64,000 nucleotides of DNA from a virus. The stretch lies in IMG/VR virus record IMGVR_UViG_3300029922_000031, positions 32,001-96,000 of that record. One strand, given 5' to 3'. Shown in pieces: positions 1 to 9,035 of the stretch (position 1 is its first letter; every line of letters begins with the position of its first letter). Made by a program: the position numbers and the translations under genes. The notes beneath the pieces were generated by a model. That model did not search any database. It was not told the origin of the DNA and saw nothing but the letters and a program-made list of their open reading frames with translations.

Positions 1-415
1 CGTGCGGCGAGATCAGCTTCTTCTCGCGAATGTGCTGCGCGGCCAGAACGCAGAGGGCGATCGACGCTTCGAACGTGCGCGGCTTCTTGAACACGAAGCG
101 GCCAGGCTTGATGTCCAGACCAAGCTTCGGAGCGAGAATGGTCGAGAAGCTCCGCTCGTGGTCGTTGAAGCCGGCGATGCCGCCCTGCTTCTGCGCGTTC
201 GCCATGATCGCAGTCGCGATCGCTGTCTTGCCAGCCGAGGGTGGGCCGGCGATCTCGATCATGCGGCCGACGGCAGCGCCGCCATCCCAGCGGGAGGCGA
301 GGGCGTAGTCGAGCTCCGGGTAGCCCGTCGAGAGGAACTGCGTGACGGTCGAGGGATCATCGTTATGGCCGATGATACCGTCGAGTGACTTGGCAATGTC
401 AGATGCAGAGGTCAA
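1..415 (-). CDS. recA: RecA/UvsX-like recombinase (runs off the left edge; absent from the ORF track)
   Basis: Manual translation from TTG 415: MTSASDIAKS...FLSTGYPELDYAL...GRMIEIAGPPSAGKT (Walker A)...FNDHERSF. Confidence 0.9.
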   Translation of the reverse strand, partial: MTSASDIAKSLDGIIGHNDDPSTVTQFLSTGYPELDYALASRWDGGAAVGRMIEIAGPPSAGKTAIATAIMANAQKQGGIAGFNDHERSFSTILAPKLGLDIKPGRFVFKKPRTFEASIALCVLAAQHIREKKLISPH

Positions 416-427
416 TGAATTGATTCC

Positions 428-907
428 TTATTTGTCCAGAAGAGTGATGCCGGTCTCAGGGTCGAGCTCGGCACCCTTGAGAAGAGGCGACTCGAGCGCG
501 GCATGAGTGAGCTTGCCGGCCTGCTCGGTGTTCGGGGAGTTCGCTGAGATGCGGCCGGTGGGCTTCTTCCACTCGGGGCGGGGAGGGGCCACAGGAAGCG
601 CCGCCGGCGCGGCCGGCTGAGTCTGCGGGACGATCGGGGCCGCGTAGTGAACTGCCGGCGCAGCGGCCAATGGAGCGTCCCAGGAGAACTCGCCGGCGGA
701 GATGATTACGCGGTCCTTGCGCGCCTGCTCCTCGACCTTGGCCAGCGTCGCCCGGAGGAAGCCAAACACCTTCTCGAACTGGTCAGCACCGATCGTGCTG
801 CCTTCCTTCTCCAGGAGCTTGAGCAGTTCGCCGAGTGATTTCCCGATTGTCTGAACCTGCGCCACGATGGCGCCGGCGCCGACGACCTTTCTCACGCCGC
901 GGGGCAT
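428..907 (-). CDS. Hypothetical protein with Pro/Ala-rich C-terminus
   Basis: 159 aa ORF; ATG overlaps the upstream stop. Confidence 0.7.
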   Translation of the reverse strand: MPRGVRKVVGAGAIVAQVQTIGKSLGELLKLLEKEGSTIGADQFEKVFGFLRATLAKVEEQARKDRVIISAGEFSWDAPLAAAPAVHYAAPIVPQTQPAAPAALPVAPPRPEWKKPTGRISANSPNTEQAGKLTHAALESPLLKGAELDPETGITLLDK

Positions 908-1140
908 CAGAACACCTCCTCAATGAACTCGATCGCTCCTAAGCCCGCCTTCGGATATGACTTGACAAACTCCACCTCGCGATCGTCCTTCATCTGAACG
1001 ATTCGCAGGAAGTTGACGTCGCCGGTGCTGACGACGTGGAGGTGCCACTCCACCACATCGTTAGCGATCATCCTGCCGCCCAGCATAAGTTGGTAAACGA
1101 ACAGACTCGGCAGCTTTTTCTTCCAGAATTTCCAATTCAC
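907..1140 (-). CDS. Hypothetical protein
   Basis: GTG at 1140 overlaps the exonuclease stop (GTGA); AGGAG upstream. Confidence 0.6.
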   Translation of the reverse strand: MNWKFWKKKLPSLFVYQLMLGGRMIANDVVEWHLHVVSTGDVNFLRIVQMKDDREVEFVKSYPKAGLGAIEFIEEVF

Positions 1141-2120
1141 GACGTCACTCCTTCGAAGGGTTCGATCCAATTGTCAAAGTCAGTCAGTATTGACTGAAAC
1201 ATCCAAGCCGAACAAAACTCACGAAAGCCTTCCTTGTCCAGCTTTGGTGAGGAGAGTGTCAGTCCATTGGGCTTCGGCGCAAGCCTACTGTCCAAGTTCA
1301 TCAGCATATCGTTACGTCTAAATATATCGTTCTTTTCGACGGACAGCGCGAAATCTTTGAGCTTCTTCGGAAGACTGTCCACATCCAGCGATTTGTCGAG
1401 AACCATATTGAAGAAGTTGGCGACCGAGCCGTACTTGCGAACCAGCTCGATCGCGCCCTTCTCACCGATGCCGCCGACGCCGGGGACTCCATCCGACGTG
1501 TCGCCCATCAGACACTTGACGTCAGCCCACTGGTCGGGCCGGCTGATGCCGACCCACTCGCCGGCGCGCTCGAAGCCCAAGCCGACACTGGCGGTGTTCT
1601 TGTTGTTCTCGCTGAAGGTCTTGAAGCCGATGCGCCGGTCGTTGATCACGTCCATCCATGTGACGCTCGGCCGCACGAGTTGTAGCCAGTCTTTGTCGCC
1701 CGACAGCATGAGAATACGGCGATCGCCGGCGTAGCGCTTAACCAGCATCGCCGCCAGGTCGTCCGCCTCGAGGTTCAAGGCGTGCATTCGCCTGACGCCG
1801 AGCAGGCCGAGCGCCTGGATCAGGAGCTTCTTCTGCGACTTGAAGCCCTTTCGGATCTCCGCGATCTTGAGCTCCTGCTTTGTCTCCGGCTCTTTGTTCC
1901 GTGACGCCTTGTATTCGGGGAAGCGCTCGTAGCGCCAGGATATGCCGTCGGCCAGGCTGATCGGGTTCAGCATGGGGAACGTCGCCAGAATCGAGCGTAG
2001 CCGGCGGATGAAGCCGAATACGACGTGCGTCTCCTGTTCGCCGATCGACAGGCGCTGGGTCGCGGCAGCCGCATGACCCCAGTTGCTTTCATCAATCAGC
2101 ATGAAGCCTTTGCTGCTCAT
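1137..2120 (-). CDS. 5'-3' exonuclease / flap endonuclease (T4 RNase H, T5 D15, PolI N-terminal family)
   Basis: LID, YKASR, EADD, SGDKD and GDTSDGVPGVGGIGEK (H3TH) motifs; ATG 2120 overlaps the upstream TGA. Confidence 0.92.
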   Translation of the reverse strand: MSSKGFMLIDESNWGHAAAATQRLSIGEQETHVVFGFIRRLRSILATFPMLNPISLADGISWRYERFPEYKASRNKEPETKQELKIAEIRKGFKSQKKLLIQALGLLGVRRMHALNLEADDLAAMLVKRYAGDRRILMLSGDKDWLQLVRPSVTWMDVINDRRIGFKTFSENNKNTASVGLGFERAGEWVGISRPDQWADVKCLMGDTSDGVPGVGGIGEKGAIELVRKYGSVANFFNMVLDKSLDVDSLPKKLKDFALSVEKNDIFRRNDMLMNLDSRLAPKPNGLTLSSPKLDKEGFREFCSAWMFQSILTDFDNWIEPFEGVTS

Positions 2121-2356
2121 TTCAGGAGCTCCCGCGCTTCGCGGATCATCTCCCAGAGAGTCAGTGTCTCGCTGCACAGAAACTCGTCGTCGGTGCAGGC
2201 GAGTACATCGCCTTCGACGTCGTCGTCGCCCGTATTCATCTCGACCTGAGCAGCCTTGACGCGAGCGGCCATCGCCGGATCGTCATCGCCGGGCACGACC
2301 ATGCGCGCCATCTGTTCGACGAAGGCTTGAAGCCTCATTTGAAACGGATTGATCAT
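2117..2356 (-). CDS. Hypothetical protein
   Basis: 79 aa, AAGGA SD, coupled to the exonuclease gene. Confidence 0.65.
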   Translation of the reverse strand: MINPFQMRLQAFVEQMARMVVPGDDDPAMAARVKAAQVEMNTGDDDVEGDVLACTDDEFLCSETLTLWEMIREARELLK

Positions 2357-2372
2357 GTCGCTGTCCTTGAAT

Positions 2373-2448
2373 TGGCTCCCAGGGCAGGGCTCGAACCTGC
2401 GACCGCTCGATTAACAGTCGAGCGCTCTACCAACTAAGCTACCTGGAA
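2373..2448 (-). tRNA. tRNA-Asn (GTT) with encoded CCA
   Basis: TTCCAGGTAGCTTAGTTGGTAGAGCGCTCGACTGTTAATCGAGCGGTCGCAGGTTCGAGCCCTGCCCTGGGAGCCA, 76 nt cloverleaf. Confidence 0.97.
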
Positions 2449-2467
2449 TAGATCGCTGAAAGAAATT

Positions 2468-2513
2468 GGGTGGGCGCTACGTGAGACTGTGGATCTCTCG
2501 CGCGCGCCCACCC
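2468..2513 (-). terminator. Stem-loop after the SSB gene (terminator or processing site)
   Basis: GGGTGGGCGC...GCGCCCACCC 10-bp inverted repeat followed by a weak U tract. Confidence 0.5.
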
Positions 2514-2549
2514 TATCGACCGTCGGCAGCGACGACGACGGCCTGTTCC

Positions 2550-3626
2550 TTAGATCGCGTCGAGCTCCGCGAGGATCGAATTGACCTCGCTCGGATCGAG
2601 ATCGGTCGACTCTTCCATCGCCGTGCCCGGCGCCGAAGGTGCGGGCTTCTCGACGGCCGCAGTTTTCTCGACGGCCGCAGTCTTGGCCTTCGCCGCCTTC
2701 GCCTTCGCGGCGGCCGCAGTCTTGGCGGCGTCAGCAGCGTCGGCGGCGGCAACCAGTCGGCGCATCTTGTCCATTTCGGACTCGACCGCCACGACGGGCT
2801 CGGCTTCGGTTTCGGTAGCGACGATCTCCTCGGCGATCTTCTCGATCTCCGGATCGACCACCGCTTCGGCGACACGCGCCGACGGACTGGTCAGCAACGC
2901 CGCCGATCTCGGCCCAGCGATCGCAATGCCCGACGTCGAAATGCCGGTCATGTTGACGATGGACGTGATCGCCTTCGTCTCTTCTCCGCGGAAGAACTCG
3001 CGTTCAACCAGGGCGAACAGGTCGACGGCCTTGTCGATCGACGCCTTCGAAACAGGCTTCGCGCTGGGGTGAGGCATGACGGTATATTTGGTGTCGAAGC
3101 CCTTGCCAGTGCGCTCGATGGTGAAGTCGAAGCCCTTCTCGTAGTCGAGAATGTTGCCACTCTCGGCCTCGTATTCGTCGATCATGGAGAGGATCGTACC
3201 GAAAGTGGTCGGCGTCACCTCGAACGGAACCGGATCCTCGGAAGCATCCGGGCCGGAGCGAATGACGGCGTTCAACAGAACGGCCTTCTTCGCCTTCCAT
3301 TCCGTCATCAGCTTGATGTCGTCGTCGGAGACGGCACCCTTGATAGCGCGTTCGACAGCGGCGGCGACAGGACTCGGGGTGCCGTAGACGATGTCGGAGT
3401 TGCCGACGACTGCGACGGGCTTGCCGCCCATCTCGGTCTTGATCCAGTGGACGCCGTACTCGAGCCAGAACTGGCCGGGGACCGCAAGCGGACCCATCGC
3501 CTGGACTGGCAGAATGCGAAGACGGGTCTTGCCCTCCTTCGCCTTCTTGATCTCGTTGGTTCCACGAGAATATTTGTTCTTCGCGCCTTTGATCAGCGCG
3601 AGCATAGCGGGAGACATGGTAGCCAT
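2550..3626 (-). CDS. Single-stranded DNA-binding protein, T4 gp32-like
   Basis: RLRILP...FW...GVHW, G.DF.I.RTGKGFDTKYTV; low-complexity linker and acidic C-terminus. Confidence 0.75.
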   Translation of the reverse strand: MATMSPAMLALIKGAKNKYSRGTNEIKKAKEGKTRLRILPVQAMGPLAVPGQFWLEYGVHWIKTEMGGKPVAVVGNSDIVYGTPSPVAAAVERAIKGAVSDDDIKLMTEWKAKKAVLLNAVIRSGPDASEDPVPFEVTPTTFGTILSMIDEYEAESGNILDYEKGFDFTIERTGKGFDTKYTVMPHPSAKPVSKASIDKAVDLFALVEREFFRGEETKAITSIVNMTGISTSGIAIAGPRSAALLTSPSARVAEAVVDPEIEKIAEEIVATETEAEPVVAVESEMDKMRRLVAAADAADAAKTAAAAKAKAAKAKTAAVEKTAAVEKPAPSAPGTAMEESTDLDPSEVNSILAELDAI

Positions 3627-3702
3627 TGTGCTTGGTTCTTTCGTGCTTTTAGAGACTTTGGGTTCTTGCCTCTTCGCGAAGTCGCGAATTAGCTAACTCT
3701 AT

Positions 3703-3721
3703 TATAGCGAGAAACGAGCGG
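3703..3721 (-). promoter_or_regulatory. CCGCT-N8-GCTATA promoter (copy 1; others at 4652, 19711, 22680)
   Basis: Minus strand CCGCTcgtttctcGCTATAAT upstream of SSB. Confidence 0.65.
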
Positions 3722-3852
3722 TCTGACGTGGGAAAAGTAAGTCAGAATTGATGGGTCGCGGTCGGCGGGCTCTATGCGGTTAAATGCCGCGATCTTGCCT
3801 GTTCATGTCGACCCGATCTATGCCAAGCGAGCCGACCGCGAAACTTGGTAGG

Positions 3853-4101
3853 TCAGTCGCGAGGCGGCCAAACCCAATAGCGGGACGACCCGCCGAGCGA
3901 GTCATTCTTGTGAGCGACGGAGCCGGCGTAGAAATCATCGCCGAAGGGCACGAAGACCTTCAGATTGGCGTAGGGGCCGTCAGGGAACACCTGCGCGACC
4001 AGCGCTGCGTAGGGGCCTTTACCCGCACCGTTGTTGGCGTCGTCGAACTTGGCGTCGTCGTAGTAGTGGACGATGCGGCCGACGGTTGCTTTCTGAGTCA
4101 T
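3853..4101 (-). CDS. Small hypothetical phage protein
   Basis: TVGRIVHY...YAALVAQV...ANLKVF...WVWPPR; AAGGA SD. Confidence 0.75.
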   Translation of the reverse strand: MTQKATVGRIVHYYDDAKFDDANNGAGKGPYAALVAQVFPDGPYANLKVFVPFGDDFYAGSVAHKNDSLGGSSRYWVWPPRD

Positions 4102-4110
4102 GTTGTTTCC

Positions 4111-4620
4111 TTAGCTGCTCGCACCGGCGAGTCTCGCGGCCACCCGCGAGCCCATCGCCTGCACGCCTTCCTGCGCGACGGACTTGGCCCTCAAGGACAA
4201 CTCGCCCCGCATTTCTTCCCGCTCGGTCGACCCGTGCTGGATCAGCATGTCCTTGCGCTGCCGGAAGGCGTCGACCGCCGTACGGGCAACCGCCTCGACC
4301 TGCTTCGCCTCGTTCAGCGCCAGGCGCAGACTGATGACGACTGGATCACAGTCGACTTCCTTGTCGAGCGTCGCGACGGCGACCTTCTCGCCGGCCGCCG
4401 CGTAGCTGTCCCGCAGCTTGCGGTAAATCTTCGACTTGCCGAGATCCAGGAGAAGCTCGAAGTCATCGACCTGCTTCGCCGCCTGCGACGCCAGCACGCC
4501 GTAGTGAACGTACAGAGAGGCTTGCTGCATCATCGCCGTGCTGAGATCGGCGAGTGAGTAGGCCAGGTCCTTCTTGACCTGGTCCTTGTCGATGAAGTTG
4601 GTGATCTTGCGCGTCGACAT
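4111..4620 (-). CDS. UvsY-like recombination mediator
   Basis: Helical protein; KKDL...LY..Y, D..V and VDAFRQR pattern resembles T4 UvsY; near recA and SSB. Confidence 0.6.
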   Translation of the reverse strand: MSTRKITNFIDKDQVKKDLAYSLADLSTAMMQQASLYVHYGVLASQAAKQVDDFELLLDLGKSKIYRKLRDSYAAAGEKVAVATLDKEVDCDPVVISLRLALNEAKQVEAVARTAVDAFRQRKDMLIQHGSTEREEMRGELSLRAKSVAQEGVQAMGSRVAARLAGASS

Positions 4621-4681
4621 TTGCTTCTCTGTAAGTCAGCGTTGATCTATGTATAGCACGAAATAAGCGGTTTGCACGCGG

Positions 4682-4837
4682 TCAGTCGTCTTCCTCGTGA
4701 TCGTCCGTGAGAATCTCGACGTTCTTGGACTGACACTGAGGACAGCCGTCGAACTCAAGCTCGCTGAGATCCGCGACGCCACCCTTGCCGCAGTCCACAC
4801 AGCGGAAAGCAACCCATTCGTCATCACCCATAGCCAT
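4682..4837 (-). CDS. 51-aa zinc-ribbon protein (not in the ORF track)
   Basis: MAMGDDEWVAFRCVDCGKGG...DGCPQCQSKNVEIL...; GGAG SD immediately after the dnaE stop. Confidence 0.75.
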   Translation of the reverse strand: MAMGDDEWVAFRCVDCGKGGVADLSELEFDGCPQCQSKNVEILTDDHEEDD

Positions 4838-4848
4838 AATTCACTCCA

Positions 4849-7800
4849 TCAGATCAGTGATTGAACCGCGTCGAAGACCTTGATCAGGCTGTCGAATTTC
4901 TCGGGCGCATGGTAGATTTCACCCGGATTAAAGCCGACCACCAGGTTAGCGTCGTAAGTTGCGCTGTAGTGAATCGAGCCGGCGTCGTCCGAAGCCTTGC
5001 CCTTGAAGTCGGGCAGAAAGGTTCGCACGGTTGTCCCGCCCATCAGGACGATGATTGGCGGCTTGATGATGTCCAGTTCCTTGTCGAGAAAGGGGCGATA
5101 GGTCTTGAGCTCCTCGGCCGAGACCTGCTTGCCCTCCTTTGGACGCTTGATCAGCGCCGTCCAATAGCCCTGGTCGACCCGTAGGCCGACTTCATCCATC
5201 GCAGCCTGCGTCTGCTCGACCGCGTAGGGGCGCCGGCTAGGCGAGGACATGAACATCATATTGGCCTCTTCCTCGGCAGCCGAGGGCGCGTCGAAGATGA
5301 TGGCGAACTCGGCGTCCTCGGAAGCATAGGCTCGGACGGGCACGCCGTCCTTCACCACTGCCGAGAGCATGACGTTGTAGAGCTTCTCCAGGCGCCGGCG
5401 ATCGGGCTCCTCCAGGGCCATTTCCCGGTGGATGGGTACGATGCTCGTCACCAGGCCGGGGATTAGCTCGCGCTGGTCCTTGATCCTGGTCGGGCTATCG
5501 ATCGGGACGTGGGTCGGTTCGATCGCCGCGAAGCAGCCGATCCTATTAAGAAGTTCGATCTTAGCGACGTTGACCAGGCGTCTATTAACGCGCGCCGATA
5601 AGTCGGCCATGCTGTCGAACTTGCGATAGCCTGCCGTGCCGTCGCCTCTAGCCTCGACGATCGCCGCGGCCGCGTTCTCGGAAAGCCCTTTGACGCGCGT
5701 GAAAGGGATCATGAGCTTGAAGTCCGTGATGATTTCGAACCGCTCGGTGGCAAGGTTGATCTCGGGCATGTCGATCGTCACGCCATGTGAGGCGGCGTCG
5801 GCGAGTAGGGCAGGGAGCTTCTCGTCCTTCACCAGCGAGAGCGTCGCGGCGAAATACTCGACCGGATAGTAGGTCTTCAGCCACATCGCCTGGTAGGAGA
5901 TCAGCGTGTATTCGACCGAGTGAGACTTGTTGAAGCCGTAGCCGGCGAAGCCTTCGATCTTGTCGAACAGATGACCCGCCCATTCGACGTCGCAGCCGAC
6001 TGTCTTGACGCACCCGTCGACGAACTTGCCGCGCTCCTTCTTCATCTCCTCGGGCAGCTTTTTGCCCATAATCTTGCGCAGCTTGTCGGCGTCCGGCGCC
6101 GAATAGCCGGCGATCACACGCGACGCCTGCATGACCTCTTCCTGATAGACGAAGACGCCATAGGTCTCTTTTAGAACTGCCTCGAGCAGCGGGTGGTCGT
6201 ATTCGACCGTCTCGATGCCCTGCTTGCGCTTCCAATAGGAGTCCATCATCCCCGACTCCATCGGGCCTGGCCGGTAGAGCGCGGTGGCGGCCGTGATGTC
6301 CTCGAAAGTGATCGTGCCGTCCTTGCCGAGCTCCTTGAGCAGGCGCCTCATGCCGCCCGACTCGAACTGGAACACGCCGGTCGTCTTGCCGATCGCGAAG
6401 TTGCCGAGCACCTTCTCGTCGTCGAGCGGGATCGACATAAGGTTGACCTTCGCCGAGTGCCGCTTGCGGATGTATTGGGTCGTCAGGTCGATAATGTCGA
6501 GGGTTTCGAGGCCCAGAAGATCCATCTTGATCAAGCCCTGGTCCTCGACGATGCGCTTGTCCCAACAGACCACTTTCTCAGCGCCCGATCGGCGCTCGAC
6601 GACCGCGCGCTCGACAATGTCGCAGCCGCCGACGATGACGCCGGCAGCGTGCTGGCCGAGGTTGCGCATGACGCCTTCAAGCTTGAGGCAGACGCCCCAG
6701 ATGGGCGGGAACTTGTCGCGGAAGGCGCCGATCTCAGCGACTTGCTCAGCCGCTTCGGTCAGAGGGACGTGCGCACCGTGCTTCTTTGGGGTCAGCTTCG
6801 AGCAGCCGAACTCCCTCTCCTCGAGCCCGAACGCCTTCGCGACGTCCCGGATGGCCGAAGCCGGCCCGAGGGTGGAGAAGTTTGAGACGCCAGCGACGCG
6901 CGCTGTGCCGTATTTGTTGACCAGATACTCGACGACCTCATGCCGGCGGGCCGACATGAAGTCCAAATCGGCGTCAGGCAGATCGAGACGATCGGGGTTG
7001 ATGAAGCGTTCGAACAGGAGGCCAAAGCGAATCGGGTCGCATTCGGTGATGCCCATGAGGTAAGCGACGAGCGAGCCGCCGACGGAGCCGCGGCCAGGTC
7101 CGACGAGAATGCCTTGCGACTTGGCGTAGTTGACGACGTCCTCGACAAGCAGAAAGTAGCCGGAAAAGCTCAGCGACTTGAGGATCTGAAGTTCGTAGAC
7201 CAGCCGAGGTCGATAGACCGCCTCCAGCTCCGCCTTCTCGGGCTTGTGACCGAAGACCGAGGCGCTGAAACGCTTGGCCCAGCCGAGCTTGCACTTTGCG
7301 ACGACCGCAGCGAACTCATCCGGCGCCATCTTCGGCAGCGAAGGCTTCTGCTTCTTCCACTCGTAGTGAACCAGATCGACGAGCTTCTCGGTGTTCATCA
7401 GCCCGTCTCTAAACGCGAGCGCCGTCTCCTTGGGGTCCATTCCGCGGGCGTTCAGCCGCTTGCAGCCCTCGACCACTTGCGACGCCAGCGCCGCATTCGC
7501 CATCGGATGAAGATCGCGAAACGCCGGCGACTTGTTCCACATCGACGATAGCGGCGTGTTCGAACAGATCGCGCCCATCACCTCGGTCGCATCCGCTTCA
7601 TTCTCGTCGTAGCAGACGGGGCGTGTGACAAGCGGTAGGAAGCCATACGTGCGTGCCGCTTCGATCGCCTTCTTGTTGAGGGTGTCGAACAGCGGCGTGT
7701 TGACCGGCGTGAGCGTGACGAAGACATTAGAAGCACTGAGAGCGTCGCGAATTTTTGAGAGTATCAACGTAGCATCGCGATGCCCCAACACGCTGTAGAC

Positions 7801-8241
7801 GTCGCTAGAAGCGATTGCGACGTCGTCCGCGCTCAAGTCTGCGAGCGCTGCGAACAGATCGCTAAAGCCCAGTTTCGCGTTGTTATAGAAATGGGCCTCG
7901 TCGTTGGCGAGCGACAGCAGCCGAAACAGCGCCAGCAAGCCCTTCTCCGATAGGACGTAATAGGTCAGGAAGAACTCCGGCGGCGCCTTCGCCTTGCCCT
8001 CTTTGCGAGGCGGCTTGCGCCAGGTGAAATCGTCGACCAGCCGCAGCCGGCAGCCTACGATCGGCTTGACGCCTTTCTTTTTGCAACGATTGGTGAAGTC
8101 GATCATCGAGGTAACGTTCATGGTCTCGGTGAGAGCGACGGCCTTGGCCTCAGCCTTCACCGCGGCATCGACCAGCCGCTCCACCGATAGAATGGATTCT
8201 CCGAGAGAGAAGTTCGATCGAGCGGCTAAAATCGCGTGCAT
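4849..8241 (-). CDS. dnaE: DNA polymerase III alpha subunit with C-terminal UDG-like domain
   Basis: GPGRGSVGGSL, PDADLDF, KMDLLGL, YGFNKSHS; C-terminal FDAPS...LIKRP...ELDIIKPPIIVLMGG. Confidence 0.96.
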   Translation of the reverse strand: MHAILAARSNFSLGESILSVERLVDAAVKAEAKAVALTETMNVTSMIDFTNRCKKKGVKPIVGCRLRLVDDFTWRKPPRKEGKAKAPPEFFLTYYVLSEKGLLALFRLLSLANDEAHFYNNAKLGFSDLFAALADLSADDVAIASSDVYSVLGHRDATLILSKIRDALSASNVFVTLTPVNTPLFDTLNKKAIEAARTYGFLPLVTRPVCYDENEADATEVMGAICSNTPLSSMWNKSPAFRDLHPMANAALASQVVEGCKRLNARGMDPKETALAFRDGLMNTEKLVDLVHYEWKKQKPSLPKMAPDEFAAVVAKCKLGWAKRFSASVFGHKPEKAELEAVYRPRLVYELQILKSLSFSGYFLLVEDVVNYAKSQGILVGPGRGSVGGSLVAYLMGITECDPIRFGLLFERFINPDRLDLPDADLDFMSARRHEVVEYLVNKYGTARVAGVSNFSTLGPASAIRDVAKAFGLEEREFGCSKLTPKKHGAHVPLTEAAEQVAEIGAFRDKFPPIWGVCLKLEGVMRNLGQHAAGVIVGGCDIVERAVVERRSGAEKVVCWDKRIVEDQGLIKMDLLGLETLDIIDLTTQYIRKRHSAKVNLMSIPLDDEKVLGNFAIGKTTGVFQFESGGMRRLLKELGKDGTITFEDITAATALYRPGPMESGMMDSYWKRKQGIETVEYDHPLLEAVLKETYGVFVYQEEVMQASRVIAGYSAPDADKLRKIMGKKLPEEMKKERGKFVDGCVKTVGCDVEWAGHLFDKIEGFAGYGFNKSHSVEYTLISYQAMWLKTYYPVEYFAATLSLVKDEKLPALLADAASHGVTIDMPEINLATERFEIITDFKLMIPFTRVKGLSENAAAAIVEARGDGTAGYRKFDSMADLSARVNRRLVNVAKIELLNRIGCFAAIEPTHVPIDSPTRIKDQRELIPGLVTSIVPIHREMALEEPDRRRLEKLYNVMLSAVVKDGVPVRAYASEDAEFAIIFDAPSAAEEEANMMFMSSPSRRPYAVEQTQAAMDEVGLRVDQGYWTALIKRPKEGKQVSAEELKTYRPFLDKELDIIKPPIIVLMGGTTVRTFLPDFKGKASDDAGSIHYSATYDANLVVGFNPGEIYHAPEKFDSLIKVFDAVQSLI

Positions 8242-8243
8242 TA

Positions 8244-8495
8244 TCAACCCTCTAGCATCCGCCAATGTGTGATCTGGACGCGATCAAACTGACCATTCGT
8301 CTTGATGAAGCCTTCGTAAGCTTCGAGCTCCGTCTGAAGACGAATGTTCAGCGCGCCGGTGAAGATCACCCGACCGCTGTCTTTGATCTCGCCCTTGATG
8401 AAGTCGAACCAGACAGCCAACTTCGACGTGTAGACGGTCGGCGCGGGCGTCATCGCAACCTGCTCGTCGGCAACGTCTTTATCGATCTCATTCAT
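8244..8495 (-). CDS. Hypothetical protein
   Basis: 83 aa with SD, tightly packed in the operon. Confidence 0.6.
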   Translation of the reverse strand: MNEIDKDVADEQVAMTPAPTVYTSKLAVWFDFIKGEIKDSGRVIFTGALNIRLQTELEAYEGFIKTNGQFDRVQITHWRMLEG

Positions 8496-8498
8496 CTT

Positions 8499-9032
8499 CT
8501 AGTCTCTCCTGATTGAGAATCGGCCGTCGATCTCCAAGGTCGCTCCGATGGCGGTGAACACCTGCAAAGCGTGATTCGCGTGAGCGATGGCCGTCTCACG
8601 TCCCCAATCCAGTTTCGTCGTGTAGGCGAGAATCAGATCGTCTTTCGTCATCCCGTCGTTGCCTTCAAGCAGCACGTCGCATGCGATCCGCAGCCAGACA
8701 CGCTTCGTCTTGTCGACGATGGGGTTGACGCCTTTGAGCAGCGCCGACTTGAAGTCCGAGCAGACCGCCTCAACGCGATCGACCGTTTTCATCGCCTTCT
8801 TTGAGATCAGCACGCCGCCGACCTCAAGCCGGGGAGGGGGCAGGGGCGCTGCGACGGCCGGAGCTGGGGCCGCAATGCCAAAGTGGGCGTGCAGAACGGC
8901 AAGGCGCACTGCCGCCTTCGGCCGACATTCAGTGATGAAGGCGCATGTCGAACAGACCGCGTGCGTGCCGTTGAAGATCAGCGGCGAGCCGAAACAGCCA
9001 GGCGCGAGGCCCGGATCCATGACATCGGTCAT
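8499..9032 (-). CDS. Hypothetical protein with N-terminal Cys cluster, possible wHTH C-terminus
   Basis: PGCFG...CSTCAFITEC. Confidence 0.7.
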   Translation of the reverse strand: MTDVMDPGLAPGCFGSPLIFNGTHAVCSTCAFITECRPKAAVRLAVLHAHFGIAAPAPAVAAPLPPPRLEVGGVLISKKAMKTVDRVEAVCSDFKSALLKGVNPIVDKTKRVWLRIACDVLLEGNDGMTKDDLILAYTTKLDWGRETAIAHANHALQVFTAIGATLEIDGRFSIRRD

Positions 9033-9035
9033 TAC

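Noticed and set aside
2466-3692. Long plus-strand ORFs (e.g. 2466-3692, 39288-40457, 51499-52479, 21425-22432)
   Set aside because: Antisense shadows of well-supported minus-strand genes in high-GC DNA; no recognisable motifs
4636-4827. 63-aa ORF in the track
   Set aside because: It runs over a promoter and operator; the overlapping frame 4682-4837 has an SD and a zinc-ribbon motif
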